Positions 1-17,205 of a stretch of 64,000 nt of DNA are shown here, one piece after another (position 1 is the stretch's first letter; each line of letters begins with the position of its first letter). The stretch is from the human T2T-CHM13v2.0 reference genome, Homo sapiens. The translations under genes and the position numbers were made by a program. The DNA is taken from assembly GCF_009914755.1 (NCBI RefSeq), contig NC_060931.1; one strand, 5' to 3'. The notes under the pieces were generated by a model. The model searched no databases and was not told the origin of the DNA. It saw only the letters and a list, made by a program, of their open reading frames with translations.

Positions 1-600
<600 letters not shown>

Positions 601-1905
601 TGTCATGGTGATCAGCGACTATCCAGGACCAGAGGTGCAGACAGTAAAAAGAATGTTTACTCGGCTCACTGCAACCTCCGCTTCCCGGGCTCAAGTGGTT
701 CTCCTACCTCAGTCTCCTGAGTAGCTGGGATTACAGGCGCCTGCCACCATGCCCGGCTAATTTTTGTATTTTCAGTAGAGATGAGGTTTCACCATGTTGG
801 CCAGGCTGGTCTTGAACTCTTGGACTCAAGTGATCCACCCGCCTTGGCCTCCCGAAATGATGGGATGACAGGCATGAGCCACCGCACCTGGCCTACCGGG
901 TATCATTCGAACACCCAGCTAACTCCCTACTCTAAGTCACACCTGAGCCATTTTATCATGGGGGCTGTCAGAGGCACTGCTGTTTTTCACTGAAGCCCAT
1001 ACCCAATCCCTCGGCCTCGTGTGCTTTTCCCTCACCCACTTCAAAGGCCCGTGGCTTTGGGACGCCTCTCCACCTCATTAGTCATTCCCTCCCCTGCCCA
1101 TCGCGTCGAAACACAATGCATTGTGGTTATTTATGTCCAGAGCTGGTTCCTCAACTAGGCTGTCAGCTAGCCAGTGCAGAGGGTGTGTGTTAGTCACATT
1201 TGTATCATCAGCCCCCGATGGGCCATGGCTACATACTTGTTGAGTGAATAACACAAGGGGCATCTTTAGCATTTCTTTGTGGGGCCCAATCTCCTCAGCG
1301 AAGGTACAGGGAATTCTCCACACTAACTAGGCCAGCTGGGTCTGGGTGGCATTTTATGACTTTTTTGTTGTCGTTATTTTGCGATGGAGTCTTGCTCTGT
1401 CACCCAGGCTGGAGTGCAGTGGCGTGATCTGCAACCTCCGCCTCCCAGATTCAGACGATGCTCCTGCCTCAGCCTCCTGAGTAGCTACGATTACAGGCAC
1501 GAGCCATCAAGCTGGTTAATTTCTATTTTTTTGGTAAAGATGAGGTTTCACCATGTTGCCCATGCTGGTCTCAAACTGGGCTCAAGCGATCCACCTGCCT
1601 TCATCTTCCAAAGTGCTGGGATTACAGGTGTGGACCACCACACTCAGCAGAGTAAAAAATGTTTAACAGCTTTATTAATATAGGATTAATATGCTGTACA
1701 ATATGCCATTTAAAGTATACAACTCAGTGTCTTCAGTATATTCACAGGGTTGTGCAACCACCACCACCATCTATAATAATTTTAGACAATTTCTGTTTCC
1801 CAAAGAGAAACTCCCTACTTATTAGCAATCACTTCCCATCCTTGCCCCCAACCTAGCCTTCTGTCTGTATCCATAGATTGGCCTCTTCTTGGACATTCTA
1901 TATAA

Positions 1906-2204
<299 letters not shown>

Positions 2205-2610
2205 TGAGCCACCACGCCTGGCGATTTTTGTATTTTCGGTAGAGACAGGGTTTCCCCATGTTAGCCAGGCTGGTCTTGAACTCCTGATCTCAGATGATCC
2301 ACCCACCTCAGCCACCCAAAGTGCTGGGATTACAGGCGTGAGCCACCTGGCCAGGCAATATATATTATTTTGTGTCTGGCTTCTTTCACTTATTAATAGC
2401 ATCATGTTTTGGGAGGTTATCCATCTTGCAGCATTTATCTATCAGTCTGTCTATATATATTTTTTGCAACAAGGTCTCTCACTCTGTAGGCTGGAGTGCA
2501 GTGGTGTGATCATAGTTCCCTGCAGCCTCTACCTTCTGGCTCAAGCGATTCTCCTACCTCAGCCTCCCCAGTAGCTGGGACTAGAGGTGCTCACCACCAC
2601 ACCTGGCTAA

Positions 2611-2961
<351 letters not shown>

Positions 2962-3325
2962 TGATCTGCCCGCCTCGGCCTCCCAAAGTGCTGGGATTAC
3001 AGGCGTGAGCCACCGTGCCCGGCCAGCCTCCTTTTTAAGTAGTTTTCCATTGCACAAATGTAGCACATTTTATTCATCCACTCATCAGTCTCTAGTTAAT
3101 GCATCTGTTGTATATGTTCAGATTGGCTGGGGTTCAATACCCACTGGACAACTTCCTAGATGAGTGACTTTTGGTAAATCATAATCTCTCCAAGTCTGCC
3201 TCAGTTTCTTCAATTATAAAATGTCAATAATAATGCAATGTACCTCATAGAGAGTCATGGTTGTATTGCCACAGTAATTAATAAAGTGCCAGGAACTTTA
3301 TAAGGATTATTTAACACCCTTATTA

Positions 3326-3460
<135 letters not shown>

Positions 3461-4789
3461 CTACAAAAAAATTAAAAAATTTTGTAGCTGACTCTTTGGA
3501 CAATAAAGAATTTTATTTTAGAAAATTAGCCAGGTGGCTGGGTGCAGTGGCTCACGCCTGTAATCCCAACACTTTGGGAGGCTGATGAGGGTGGATCACA
3601 AGGTCAGGAGTTCAAGACCAGCTTGGCCAAGATGGTGAAACCCCGTCTCTACTAAAAAAATACAAAAATTAGCTGGGCATTATGGCGGGCACCTGTAATC
3701 CTAGCTACTGGGGAGGCTGAGGCAGGGAACTGCTTGAATCCAGGAGGCAGAGGTTGCAATGAGCCGAGATCACGACACTGCACTCCAGCCTGGGCAACAG
3801 AGTGAGACTGATCTCAAAAAAAAAAAAAAAGAAAAAGAAAAAGAAAAAAAGAAAATTAGCCAGGTGTAGCGGAGCGCACCTGTGGTCCCAGCTACTCTGG
3901 CAGGCTGGGGTGGGAGGATTGCTTGAGCCCAGGAGTTCAAGGCTGCAGTGAGCTCTGATTGCACCACTGCATTCCAGCCTGGGCGACAGAGCAAGACCCT
4001 GTCTCTTAAAAAATAAATAAATAAACTGCAATGTTTCTGGCAGCCCAGATGCCACCAGCCTCACTACTCTCTGAGAGGTGGGATTTTAACATGCAAAGGC
4101 CCACTAACCCGATCACGTCTCACAACTTCAGCTGATTAATACTTTGTTAAAACCTAGACCACGAAAACAGACAGAGCCCGGCGAGGTGGCTCACGCCTGT
4201 AATCCCAACACTTTGGGAGGCCGAAGCGGGTGGATCACGAGGTCAGGAGTTCAAGACTAGCCTGGCCAAGATGATGAAACCCCGTCTCTACTAAAAAATA
4301 CACAAATTAGCTAGGCGTTATGGCGGGCGCCTGTAATCCCAGCTACTCGGGAGGCTGAGGCAGGGAATTGCTTGAACCTGGGAGGCAGAGATTGCAGTGA
4401 GCCGAGATCGTGCCACTGCACTCCAGCCTGGGTGACAGAGCGAGACTCTGTCTCAAAAAAGAAAAAAAGAGGCTGGGCACGGTGCCTCACGCCTGTAATC
4501 CCAGGACTTTGGGAGGCCGAGGCGGGCGGATCACGAGGTCAGGAGATTGAAACCATCCTGGCTAACACGGTGAAACCCCGTCTCTACTAAAAACACAAAA
4601 AATTAGCCGGGCTTGGTGGCAAGCGCCTGTAGTCCCAGCTACTTGGGAGGCTGAGGCAGAAGGAGAATCGCTTGAACCCAGGAGGCGGAGGTTGCAGTAA
4701 GCCGAGATCCAGCCTGGGCGACAGAGCGAGACTCCGTCTCAAAAAAAAAAAAAGGTTAAAGAAAAAAAGAAAAGAAAACACAAGATAAT

Positions 4790-5480
4790 CCTGTCCGCAA
4801 ACGCTTAGCAGTCTTAAATCGGCCTGGTGGAAGGATGCAGGGACACTCCCCCACCCTGCCCCCCGAAAAAGGGGAACGCGCAGCGCGAGGTTCCGGGTCC
4901 GCCAAGCTCCCGGCATGCAGCGCGGCGATCCCGGCGAGCACCTTGGCGCGCGGAGCTGGCACCTTGGCGCTGTTGGTGGCGGCGGAGACAGCTGTGAAGT
5001 GTGAGGTTCTTTGTCTGCTGGCAGCTAGGGGCGACGAGGCGGGACGTCATGGAAGTGTAAGTCTTCTCGGGCGCGTCCCTTTTCGCCCGAGGAGCCCAAC
5101 GGTTTGACCGCTGAGAGCTGAGAGCCGAGAGCCGTGGGGACTGGGCGACCCTCGTACGGGAGTGAGGGCAGCGGGCCGGCCCTGTCCGGGAGGGCCGCGG
5201 GGTGGTGACGGGGACGAACGGGACTCTCGCTTTGCCCTTCCGAACCTTCGCTTCCCCTCCACGCCGTGTCTGGTGCGGGGCCGAGCACTTCCGTGTCCGG
5301 CTGCCTTTCAATGTGCCCCCTCCTTCTCTCATTCGTTTACCAGCGTTTCTGGGTCACAGTGCGGGGGTGGAGCCCAGTCTGGTATCCGACCCCGGACTTA
5401 GAAGGCTATAAAGGCCTGAGTCTGTCCGCCCTGAAAGTAGGTGGAGGAGAGACGAATCAGGGCCGGGTAGAGCTCTGCTT
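4790..5480. promoter_or_regulatory. CRCP: CpG-island promoter / first exon of CRCP
   Basis: Dense non-Alu CpG, GC-rich, surrounds the ATG; ETS-like ttccgg (~4891) and acttccg (~5287); CRE-like GGACGTCA at 5042-5049. Confidence 0.9.
5049..5056 (+). CDS. CRCP: CRCP coding exon 1 (ATG GAA GT)
   Basis: ATG in strong Kozak context (gtcATGG), followed by consensus donor gtaagt at 5057, inside the CpG island. Confidence 0.95.
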
Positions 5481-6659
5481 GCAGCTGTAGGCCCCTGGAG
5501 AGCCCTCGGAAGAGCTGCCCTCGGAATTTGATGGGAGCAGTAAACACTGTGAGGGAAGGGGCTGGTTTTGGGGTGGAGAAGGGAAGGACGTGAACCAGGA
5601 CTGGGACCAGAGAAACAGCAGGGGGTGTGTGGGTGTGTGTGCAAGGCGAGGGTAAAAGATTTTCTGACAGTTTAACTCCACGTGGTCTTTTCCATGCTTG
5701 CTCGTTGCGCCTGGTGCAAATGGAAGATTTTGCATCTACTCTGAATGTGGGCTTTATACGGTTGATATTAATTTGTAGGTATTACTATCTTGTGTTCTCT
5801 TTGAACTGATTATTTGATACAGTTTCCTTTATGTTCTTTTGCCTCATGTTTAATGGTTATATGTACTATGGCATTTCACATTTTTACATTTTTAATTAAT
5901 TGTTTTTTCTTAAGAAACAGGGTCTTGCTCTGTCCCCCAGGCGGGGTGTAATCATGGTTCACTGCAGCCTCACTTTCTGGACTCAAGCAATCCTGCTTCA
6001 GCCTCTTCAGTAGCTGGGACTACAGGCCCACGCCATCACTCACCGCTAATTTTTTAAAAAAAGTTTTGTAGATGCAGGGTCTCACTACAGCCCAGGCTGG
6101 TCTCCAGCTCCTGAGCTCAAGTGATCCTCCTGCTTTGTACTCCCAAAGTCCTGGGATTGCAGGCGTGAGCCACTTCACCTGGCCTCTTCCGATTTTTTTT
6201 TAAACACAATATGTCTGTGTAACTGAAATGAAAGGCTCATGAAACAATAATGTGTGGCGTACACTCTCATATTGTCTATTTTTTATTAATATGAATGGGG
6301 CCAACCGTGGTGGCTCACACCAGCAATCCCAGCACTTTGGGAAGCTTAGGCAGAAGGATCACTTGAACCTGGGAGGTGGAGACCAGCCTGGGCAACATAG
6401 GGAGACCCTGTCTCTGCAAAAAATTAAGAAGTTAGCTGGGTGTGGTGGTTCATGCCTGTAGTCTCAGCTACTTACGAGGCTGAGATGGGAGGATCACTTG
6501 ATCCCAGGAGGCTGCAATGAGCTGAGATAGAGCCACTACACTCCTGCCAGAGTGACAGTGTAAGGCTCTGTCTTAAAAAAAAAAAAAAAAAAAAATTGAA
6601 CCACTGAATTAATTTTGCAACCCACTGATGGGATTTCATCTGCAACCTAAAAAACTATT

Positions 6660-8600
6660 CATATAATTTACTCTAGTCCAAGCCATCATTACTAATTTTT
6701 CCCTCTTTACTAGAGCATTTCCTGTGAGCATACAACCCTGCTTTAGAGAATTCATCTTAGAAAATTCTCCGTCCCCACATACATGTCCCCCTCTTACTCC
6801 ATTTCTGCTTCCCATCCCAACAAAACTTCTTGAAAGTGCTGATTAGCCCCTCATTCTCTCAGCCATTCTGTTGGGCTTTCATCCTCACTGGTCTACGGGA
6901 ATGACTGTTAAGATTACCTGAACCAGCGGGGCGTGGTGGCTCATGCCTATAATCGCAGCACTTTAGGAGGCCGAAGTGGGCGAATCCCCTGAGGTCAGGA
7001 GTTTGAGACCAGCCTGGCCAACATGGCATAACCTCCTCTCTACTAAAAATACAAAAATTAACTGGGTGTAGTGGTGGGCGCCTGTAATCCCAGTAACTCA
7101 GGAGGCTGAGGCAGGAGAATCGCTTGAACTCGGGAGGCAGGGGTTGCAGTGAACCAAATTGTGCCACTGCACTCCAGCCTAGGTGACAGGGCAAGACTGT
7201 CTCAAAAAAAAAAAAAAAAAAAACCTGATCCCTCCATCTTGTCAAATTCAGAGGTTGATTTTCTGGCCTCAACTTTCTTGATCTCTCAGCAGTGGTTAAT
7301 ACAGAAACTCTAGAAACTTTCCTTTTCTTGTGATGTATGTTCCTTTGCGTATTTCCTCCTACATCAAGGACTACTTCAGTGTCCTTCCCTGGGTCCCGTT
7401 CCTCTCTTGCTTGATGTCTAAGTGTTGAGTGGTATCTTAGGGCTCAGTCCTGGGACCCTTTCTCTCCACACTCTGTCATTTCACCCATCTATGTGCTGAT
7501 GGTTCTCAAAGGTATGTTTCTAACCTTCTTCTCATCATCTATCCAATTGCATAGACCAAAAATCTAGCCCTCTCTCTTCACTCCCTAAATCCAGTCCATC
7601 AGTGGTCCTGTTGTTTCCACCCTAGAATATATTTTGAATGCAGTTACTTTTCACCATCTCCAATGTTAGCTTTGTAGTCCATCACCTCTGGGCTGGATTA
7701 AGCAATAGCCTTTGAGTGTTCACTCTTCCCCAGCCTCCATTCTGTTCTCCACATGGCAACTGGAGTGATCTTAAGTAATGATTGGAACATGTCGCTCCTG
7801 GGTAAAACCCTTCATTGACTTTCCATTGTACTTAGAGAAAATCTCCATCTCTTACCAGGACCTGCAAGACCCTGTAAAACCTCACCTACTCCCCAGCCTT
7901 ACCACTTGCCACTCTCCCAACCTCCCAGACACACACTTTCCACTGACAGGTATTTCCTTCTCCTCTAACCTTCTAAGCACTTCCTGAGGACCATTGCGTT
8001 GTGGTACCCTCTGTCTGGTATACTTTCCTCCTCGCCCTCGTCCTGTTCTCTTCTTTTTATTGTTCTTTTTTTAGTTCGCTTTTGAGATGGAGTCTTGCTC
8101 TGTCACCCAGGCTGTAGTACAGTGGCGCAATGTCAGCTCACTGCAACCTGTGCCTCCAGGGTTCAAGATTCTCCTGCCTCAGCCTACCAAGTAGCTGGGA
8201 TTACAGGCGTGTGCCACCACGCCCAGCTAATTTATGTATTTTTAGTAGAGACGGGGTTTCCATGTTGGCCAGACTGGTCTTGAATTCCTGACCTCAGGTG
8301 ATTTGCCTGCCTCAGCCTCCCAAAGTGCTGGGATTACAGGCGTGAGCCACCACACCTGGCCACCTGTTCTTGAAGGTTGTGTCCCTTTTCAAAGTTGCCT
8401 TTCGTCTTCAGTAAGTCTAACTAACATAAGTTCTTTTTGTCTTTCATAGTACCTTGATTTACTTTCCCTCAAATAATTACAAGTTGCAATAATAAATGTA
8501 TGTTTACTTGTTTGGAGGGTGGGGACCAGTGTCTGTTCACCTAGTGCTTAGCATTGCATCTGGCACACAGTAGGCATTCAGCAAATACTTGTTCAATAAA
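6660..8600 (+). mobile_element. L2 LINE 3' portion, interrupted by Alus
   Basis: L2-like motifs (agggctcagtcctggg, tatgtgctgatg) and the L2 3' terminus tctggcacacagtaggcattcagcaaatacttgttcaataaa. Confidence 0.7.
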
Positions 8601-8634
8601 GTAATATAACAATACTTTATTAGCTTCATAAATA

Positions 8635-10377
<1,743 letters not shown>

Positions 10378-10713
10378 TATAAATTCATTAGCTAGCATCC
10401 TAGTTGCTAGGCGTGTATATTTTCTGATTTTCCTAAGTGAAATGGTTTGAATCACGGGGTTTTGTTCTTGTAACAGCCTGTCCCCTTCTGCCAAGTAGTC
10501 AGTGACTTCCTGTAACCAATCAAGAATTTTGCAGCCAGTAATTCATGGGAAAATGAGGTTTCCTGAGATAGACATGTGATTTGGGAGTGGAAGGGCCCTG
10601 GAGTGGAAAGGTCTGGAAGCCTAACTTCTGGTCCTCACCTGGTCTTCAACAGGAGGCGTGACCTTTGGAAGTCTGCTCCTTAGGATCTTTAGCAGAACCT
10701 TGAGTTGCAGATA

Positions 10714-10997
10714 CAGTTGACCCTTGAACAACACGAGCTTGAACTTCATGGATCTCCTTATACGCAGATTTTAAAAAATAAATGCAGTTGGCCCTCCATA
10801 TCTGCAGGTTCCACATCTGCAACCAAACACAGAGAATGAAAATATAGTATTTGAGGGATGAGAATATACCCACGTATGTGGAGAGCTGGCTTCCTAGCTG
10901 CTGGTTCTGCAAGGCTCTCTGGGACACAAGCATGTTTGGATTTTAGTATATGTGGGGGTCCTGGGACCAATCTCCAGTGAATACCAGGGGATGCCTG
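10714..10997 (-). mobile_element. MER8-like (Tigger-family) MITE
   Basis: TIR cagttgacccttgaacaacac, other end gggggtcctgggaccaatctcc...gatgcctg, flanked by TA. Confidence 0.75.
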
Positions 10998-11120
10998 TAT
11001 ATTGTACCTCTATCAGACACTCCCAGAACCTGAAGTGAGGAGGCACAATGAACAGCTCCCCTAAGTTTTTGCTACTTTTTAAAATTCTGATTGAGGAAAT
11101 ACCTACTAAGTAACTAATAC

Positions 11121-11151
<31 letters not shown>

Positions 11152-12176
11152 CTGAAATTTCTTCTTTTTTTTTTGAGATGGAGTTTCGCTCTTGTCACCC
11201 AGGCTGGAGTGCAATGGCGCAATCTCGGCTGACTGCAACCTCCGCCTCCCGAGTTCAAGCAGTCCTCCTGCCTGAGCCTACTGGGTAGCTGCCTGGCTAA
11301 TTTTTGTATTTTCAGTAGAGATGGGGTTTCATCATGTTGGCCAGGCTGGTCTTGAACTCCTGAGCTCAGGTGATTCTACCGCCTCGGCCTCCGAAAGTGC
11401 TGGGATTACAGGCATGAGCCACCGCGCTGGCCCAGAAATTTATTTAAGGGGAGGAATATTTATGCTTTATTTGATTGACAATTTAAAAATAAAAATTTCT
11501 TGACCATTACTTGGAAATGTATTTTCGTCAAGTAAAAGCATACAATTTTTTTTTTTTTTTGAGATGGAGTCTCACTCCATCACCTAGGCTAGAGTGCAGT
11601 GGTGCAATCTCAGCTCACTGCAATCTCCACTTCCTGGATTCGAGCGATTCTTCTGCCTCAGCCTCCTGACTAGCTGGGACTACAGGCATGCGCCACCATG
11701 CAAAATATTTATATAGCAAAATTAGGTATTTCTATCTATAAGGTATTTGCTATTTGGCTTTGTCTATAAATGATCATTTATATGGCTGGAAAAGTTTGTA
11801 TCCACTCTTTTATTCTTGAACGTAATATATATAATTGGGAAAATAGACATTATCCTCTGTACCATCTTTTTGAGGTAGTGTCAGGATTTCTTTCCTTTTA
11901 CAGCTGGAAATACTCATATTTAGAAAAGGTGGGTAATAGGTACTATAACAACTCAGTAACAGGACTGGAAAGAGGATACTCATTTGCTAGCTCCCAAGAG
12001 AATGCTACAAGTTAAGTTGTTCATTGACTTCAGAAGCTGCTCCGTTTGCTTGTACCAGAGTTTAGGTTTTCAGAGCATGACTTGATAGCATAGGTTGGGC
12101 ATAGGAGAATTTGAGCAATTATTTTCGTCATTGCCTGTGTAAGAGTTGACTGTGTGGCAATTAATAGGCACTGTTT

Positions 12177-12564
<388 letters not shown>

Positions 12565-12744
12565 TCAGTTTCCTCAAGTAGTTGTTTACATCCACTTGAC
12601 TCACCATTTTAAGCAAATTTTACAAGAAGTGTCAAATGGAAAGTCAGCTTCAGTCATCTAATTCATTACTTAAGGAAATTAAGTAACTGCCTGCCTGTAG
12701 TATAGATTTAGACAGTTGTTTTGTTTTTTTTTTTACTCAAGCAT

Positions 12745-12950
12745 TGCTATGTTAATTTGCCAGGCTGCTTTTAGAAAGCACCAGACACTGGGTGGCTTAG
12801 ACAGCAAACACTTGTTTTCTGACAGTTCGGGAGACTGGATCAAGGTGTAGCAGGTTTGGTTTCTTTTGAGGCCTCTTGCCTGAGCTTGCAGATTGCAAAC
12901 TTCTTGATATGTTCTCACATGGTCTCTCCTCTGTGTGCACAAGTCCCTGG
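12745..12950 (-). mobile_element. MLT1A-type LTR fragment
   Basis: ctgggtggcttagacagcaaac...tcaaggtgtagcaggtttggtttc...ctcacatggtc. Confidence 0.65.
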
Positions 12951-13026
12951 ACTTTTTTCTAGACAGTCTTTAAAATGCACTTAGAGTATTTGCTTTAAAC
13001 ACATGTCAATAAAATGAGTACTATTC

Positions 13027-13335
<309 letters not shown>

Positions 13336-13548
13336 GTAAAATGAGTACTATTCTAAGTCCTACAGGAGAATATGAAGTTTTGTATAGGTAAGCAGTTTCT
13401 AGAAGTCTGATTGCATGTGAATATATTACATAATACTAAAGTGTTAGCTGTAGAGCAGACAGTTCCTGCTTTGTAGAGATCAACAGCTTCTACGTTTATA
13501 ATTGCTAGATGTGTCTATTAAGTTCTAATAGCTCTAAAAAACTTTTAG

Positions 13549-14510
<962 letters not shown>

Positions 14511-14539
14511 TTAACATTTTGATTCTGATATTTGCTGCC

Positions 14540-14656
14540 TTTTCCTTTTTCTCTTTTCTTTTTTCTTTTCCCTCCCTCCTCCCTCCCTCCCTCCCTTCCT
14601 TCCTTCCTCCCTCCTTCCCTTCCTTCCTTCCTTTCTTTCTTCCTTTCTTGTTTTTG
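14540..14656. repeat. Polypyrimidine (TTCC/CTCC/TTTC)n simple repeat at the tail of an antisense Alu monomer
   Basis: ccctccctcctccctccctcc...ttccttcc directly visible. Confidence 0.85.
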
Positions 14657-16559
14657 ATTAGAGACACTTGAGCCCAGGCTGGATTCAAACTCCGGGACGA
14701 AGTGATCCTCCTGTCTCAGCCCGGAGTAGCTGGGATGACAGGTGTGAGCCACAATGCCTGGCATTCCCTTATTTCTTTTGCACAGGCATGAGCTTTCTCT
14801 CCATACACAGGTGCACACACTTACTTTACTGAACCATTAGAGAGTTGTAGATAGCAGATCATTTCACCCCTTCTTGAAAAAGGGCATTCTATGTAGCTAC
14901 AGTCGCCTTATCACACTCAGGAAACTTAGCGATGATAATCTACTATTATTAAGATACAATGTAAACTCACATTTCTTCAGTTGCCATAATAGTGTTCTTT
15001 TTCCTCCCAATTCAGGATCCAGTGAAGAACTACACATTGCATTTAGTTGTCATGTTTCTTTAATTTCCTTTCCTCTGGAAGTTTCCTTAGCTTCTTTTTG
15101 TGACATTGGCACTGTGACAGATGACATTGATATTTGAAGAGTCTAAATTTAACCCAGTTGTTTTGAAGACTGTTCCTCAATTTGGAATTCTCTGATTATA
15201 TCCTCATGGATAGATTTGAATTAAACATCTTGGGGCTGGATTGCTCTGAGGGATGTGTCTTTCTCATGCGTCACATCATTGGTGCTGTGAAATTGGATAA
15301 CTTGATTAAGTTGATGTCTGTCTGGTTTCACCATATCCTGTTGCCAACAACCTGTCGTTTAGTGGTGGTTACAGTAACTTCTCAAAGATAAAAACTGCCT
15401 TTAAAAAAATTCCCCAATACATACAGCTCGTTTAGGACTTCATAAAAGGTAGATAAAGTACCTCTTGACATTTTATTAAATAAGGAAAGGCCTAGCATAC
15501 ATTGATTGGCATTTATTCTGTGAATATTTAGCTGGGTTTTAAAAAAATTTATCTTCCTGATAAAATCAATGAATAAATCAGCTTCTGTCAGCCAGAGTCT
15601 GTTACACAGAGTACCTGTGTAAACATCAATTGGTTCTCTTGATCCCAAAACACAGATTCATTAAAACTTATGTGAAAGAGGGTTTTCCTCCTTTATATTC
15701 GTTCTAGAAGAGGCAGAGGGTGTTCTTTGGATTCTTGCATTACACTATTGACTTGTTTAGTGGGGTAGTAACTTGGAATGGCCAAGGACAAATTTCCCAC
15801 GACGTGGAATATTCTGAATGACAGAGAAGGGGCCATTATTTGGAAATAAAGTTGTAACAGTGCACCTGCGATGGATCCATTGGCCCTGAAGAGAAAAAAC
15901 ATTCATATTTTTTCTCGAGTCAAGTATTCCAGGAAGGGATGTTTTAATGCCTCATATTTTGGAGAGCACAGGGAGTTATAACTCAATTTCAAGCAAAGAT
16001 AGGAGGAAGCCAGTGGGCAGATTTCCTGATTAAGCAGGCAAAGATGACATGTGGTTTGATTTGTCATTTTCAATTTTAAATGAACTCTGTCACATGCACT
16101 AATTATGCATTGTCCTTCCTGTGTTAGATTCCTTTCAAATATGATACTCTTTGTGACTTCAGTGTGTTTGTGGTCATTTGGGCAAAGCAGCACTTTTGTG
16201 AAATCGTAGCTTGAATCACTGGTAGCATTTGGTAAGCTTCACAGAGCTGATTTGATTATAGTGCTGACATCACTGTGCTGATGACCTAAGGCCGAGGTCT
16301 ATCTCTTTGTGAACCACTGTTAGTTTTGCTTTATTTATTGACTCGGAAGTCACCTATCTGGCCCATGCTTTTGAAGTCTTGGGTCATCATTTGGATCATC
16401 TCGCCACACTCCTGGTTTAAGAACATACAGAGGTCTCTGTTGCACATTACAAATCAAGTGCAGACCCCTCTACCTGATTTTTAAGGATTCTGCATGACCA
16501 GTTTCCATTCATCCAGTTCAGTCTCATTTCCCACAGTTCCATAGTTACCTTCCACTTTA

Positions 16560-17205
16560 TTTAGACTTCTTACTGTGTGACCTTGAGCAAGTTACTTAAT
16601 TTCTGAGTCTTGTGCTTTATCTCTGCAGAGTAGGAATCATACGAATAGCTCCTACATCACAGGGTTTTCAGTGAGAATTAACTGGGATAATATCTTTTAC
16701 AAATAATAGCCTTCCATTATGGAGATGTTAATACAAGTACCAAGAACTATTCTAAACTTTTAAAATTTGTTGTCTCATTTTATCATAACAGTTTGATGAG
16801 GTAGGAGTTGCTGGTGGTAGTGGTAGTTGCCCAGATAGTAGTAGTGATAATGTTGGTGCTTATTGAGCACTTACTATGTTCCAAGTACTTTACATGTTTC
16901 CAGTGAACCCTGTGAACAGTCTTACAAGGTTGATACTATAGTTGCCGTTTCATAGATAGGAAATGTAAGCATAATGAGATTAAGTAACTTGCCTAGATTC
17001 ACATGGCCAAAGAATTCAGGAGCTGGATTTAGAATCCAGGCCATACTTTTAGATACTAGTTTCATCCCATTTTTATTTTAGAAGGAAAACTTAAGGAGTA
17101 ATTAACTTAACTAAAATTCTCACAGCACATAAGTGGCAGAGCTAGAACATGAACCCAAATCTGATTTCAAAACTATGTTCTTTGTCATACTCCACTGCCT
17201 CCAGA
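16560..17205. mobile_element. Cluster of MIR SINE fragments (both strands)
   Basis: ctgtgtgaccttgagcaagttacttaa; ttattgagcacttactatg; agtggcagagctagaacatgaaccca. Confidence 0.7.

Noticed and set aside
4814-5411. Several overlapping ORFs on both strands at the promoter, including 4835-5107
   Set aside because: Stop-poor GC-rich CpG island; out of frame with CRCP; no evidence of a bidirectional coding partner.
5405-5413. TATA-like ctataaag in intron 1
   Set aside because: Isolated motif downstream of the start codon; an alternative promoter cannot be supported from sequence alone.
13366-13393. Possible 22-nt micro-exon (tacag|...tag|gtaagc)
   Set aside because: The donor is good but the polypyrimidine tract is poor, and nothing else supports it.
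16130-16330. Intronic stretch with TGATGA/CTGA words, considered as a C/D snoRNA
   Set aside because: Box order and spacing and a terminal stem are not convincing; I recognised no tRNA, snRNA or snoRNA in the window.
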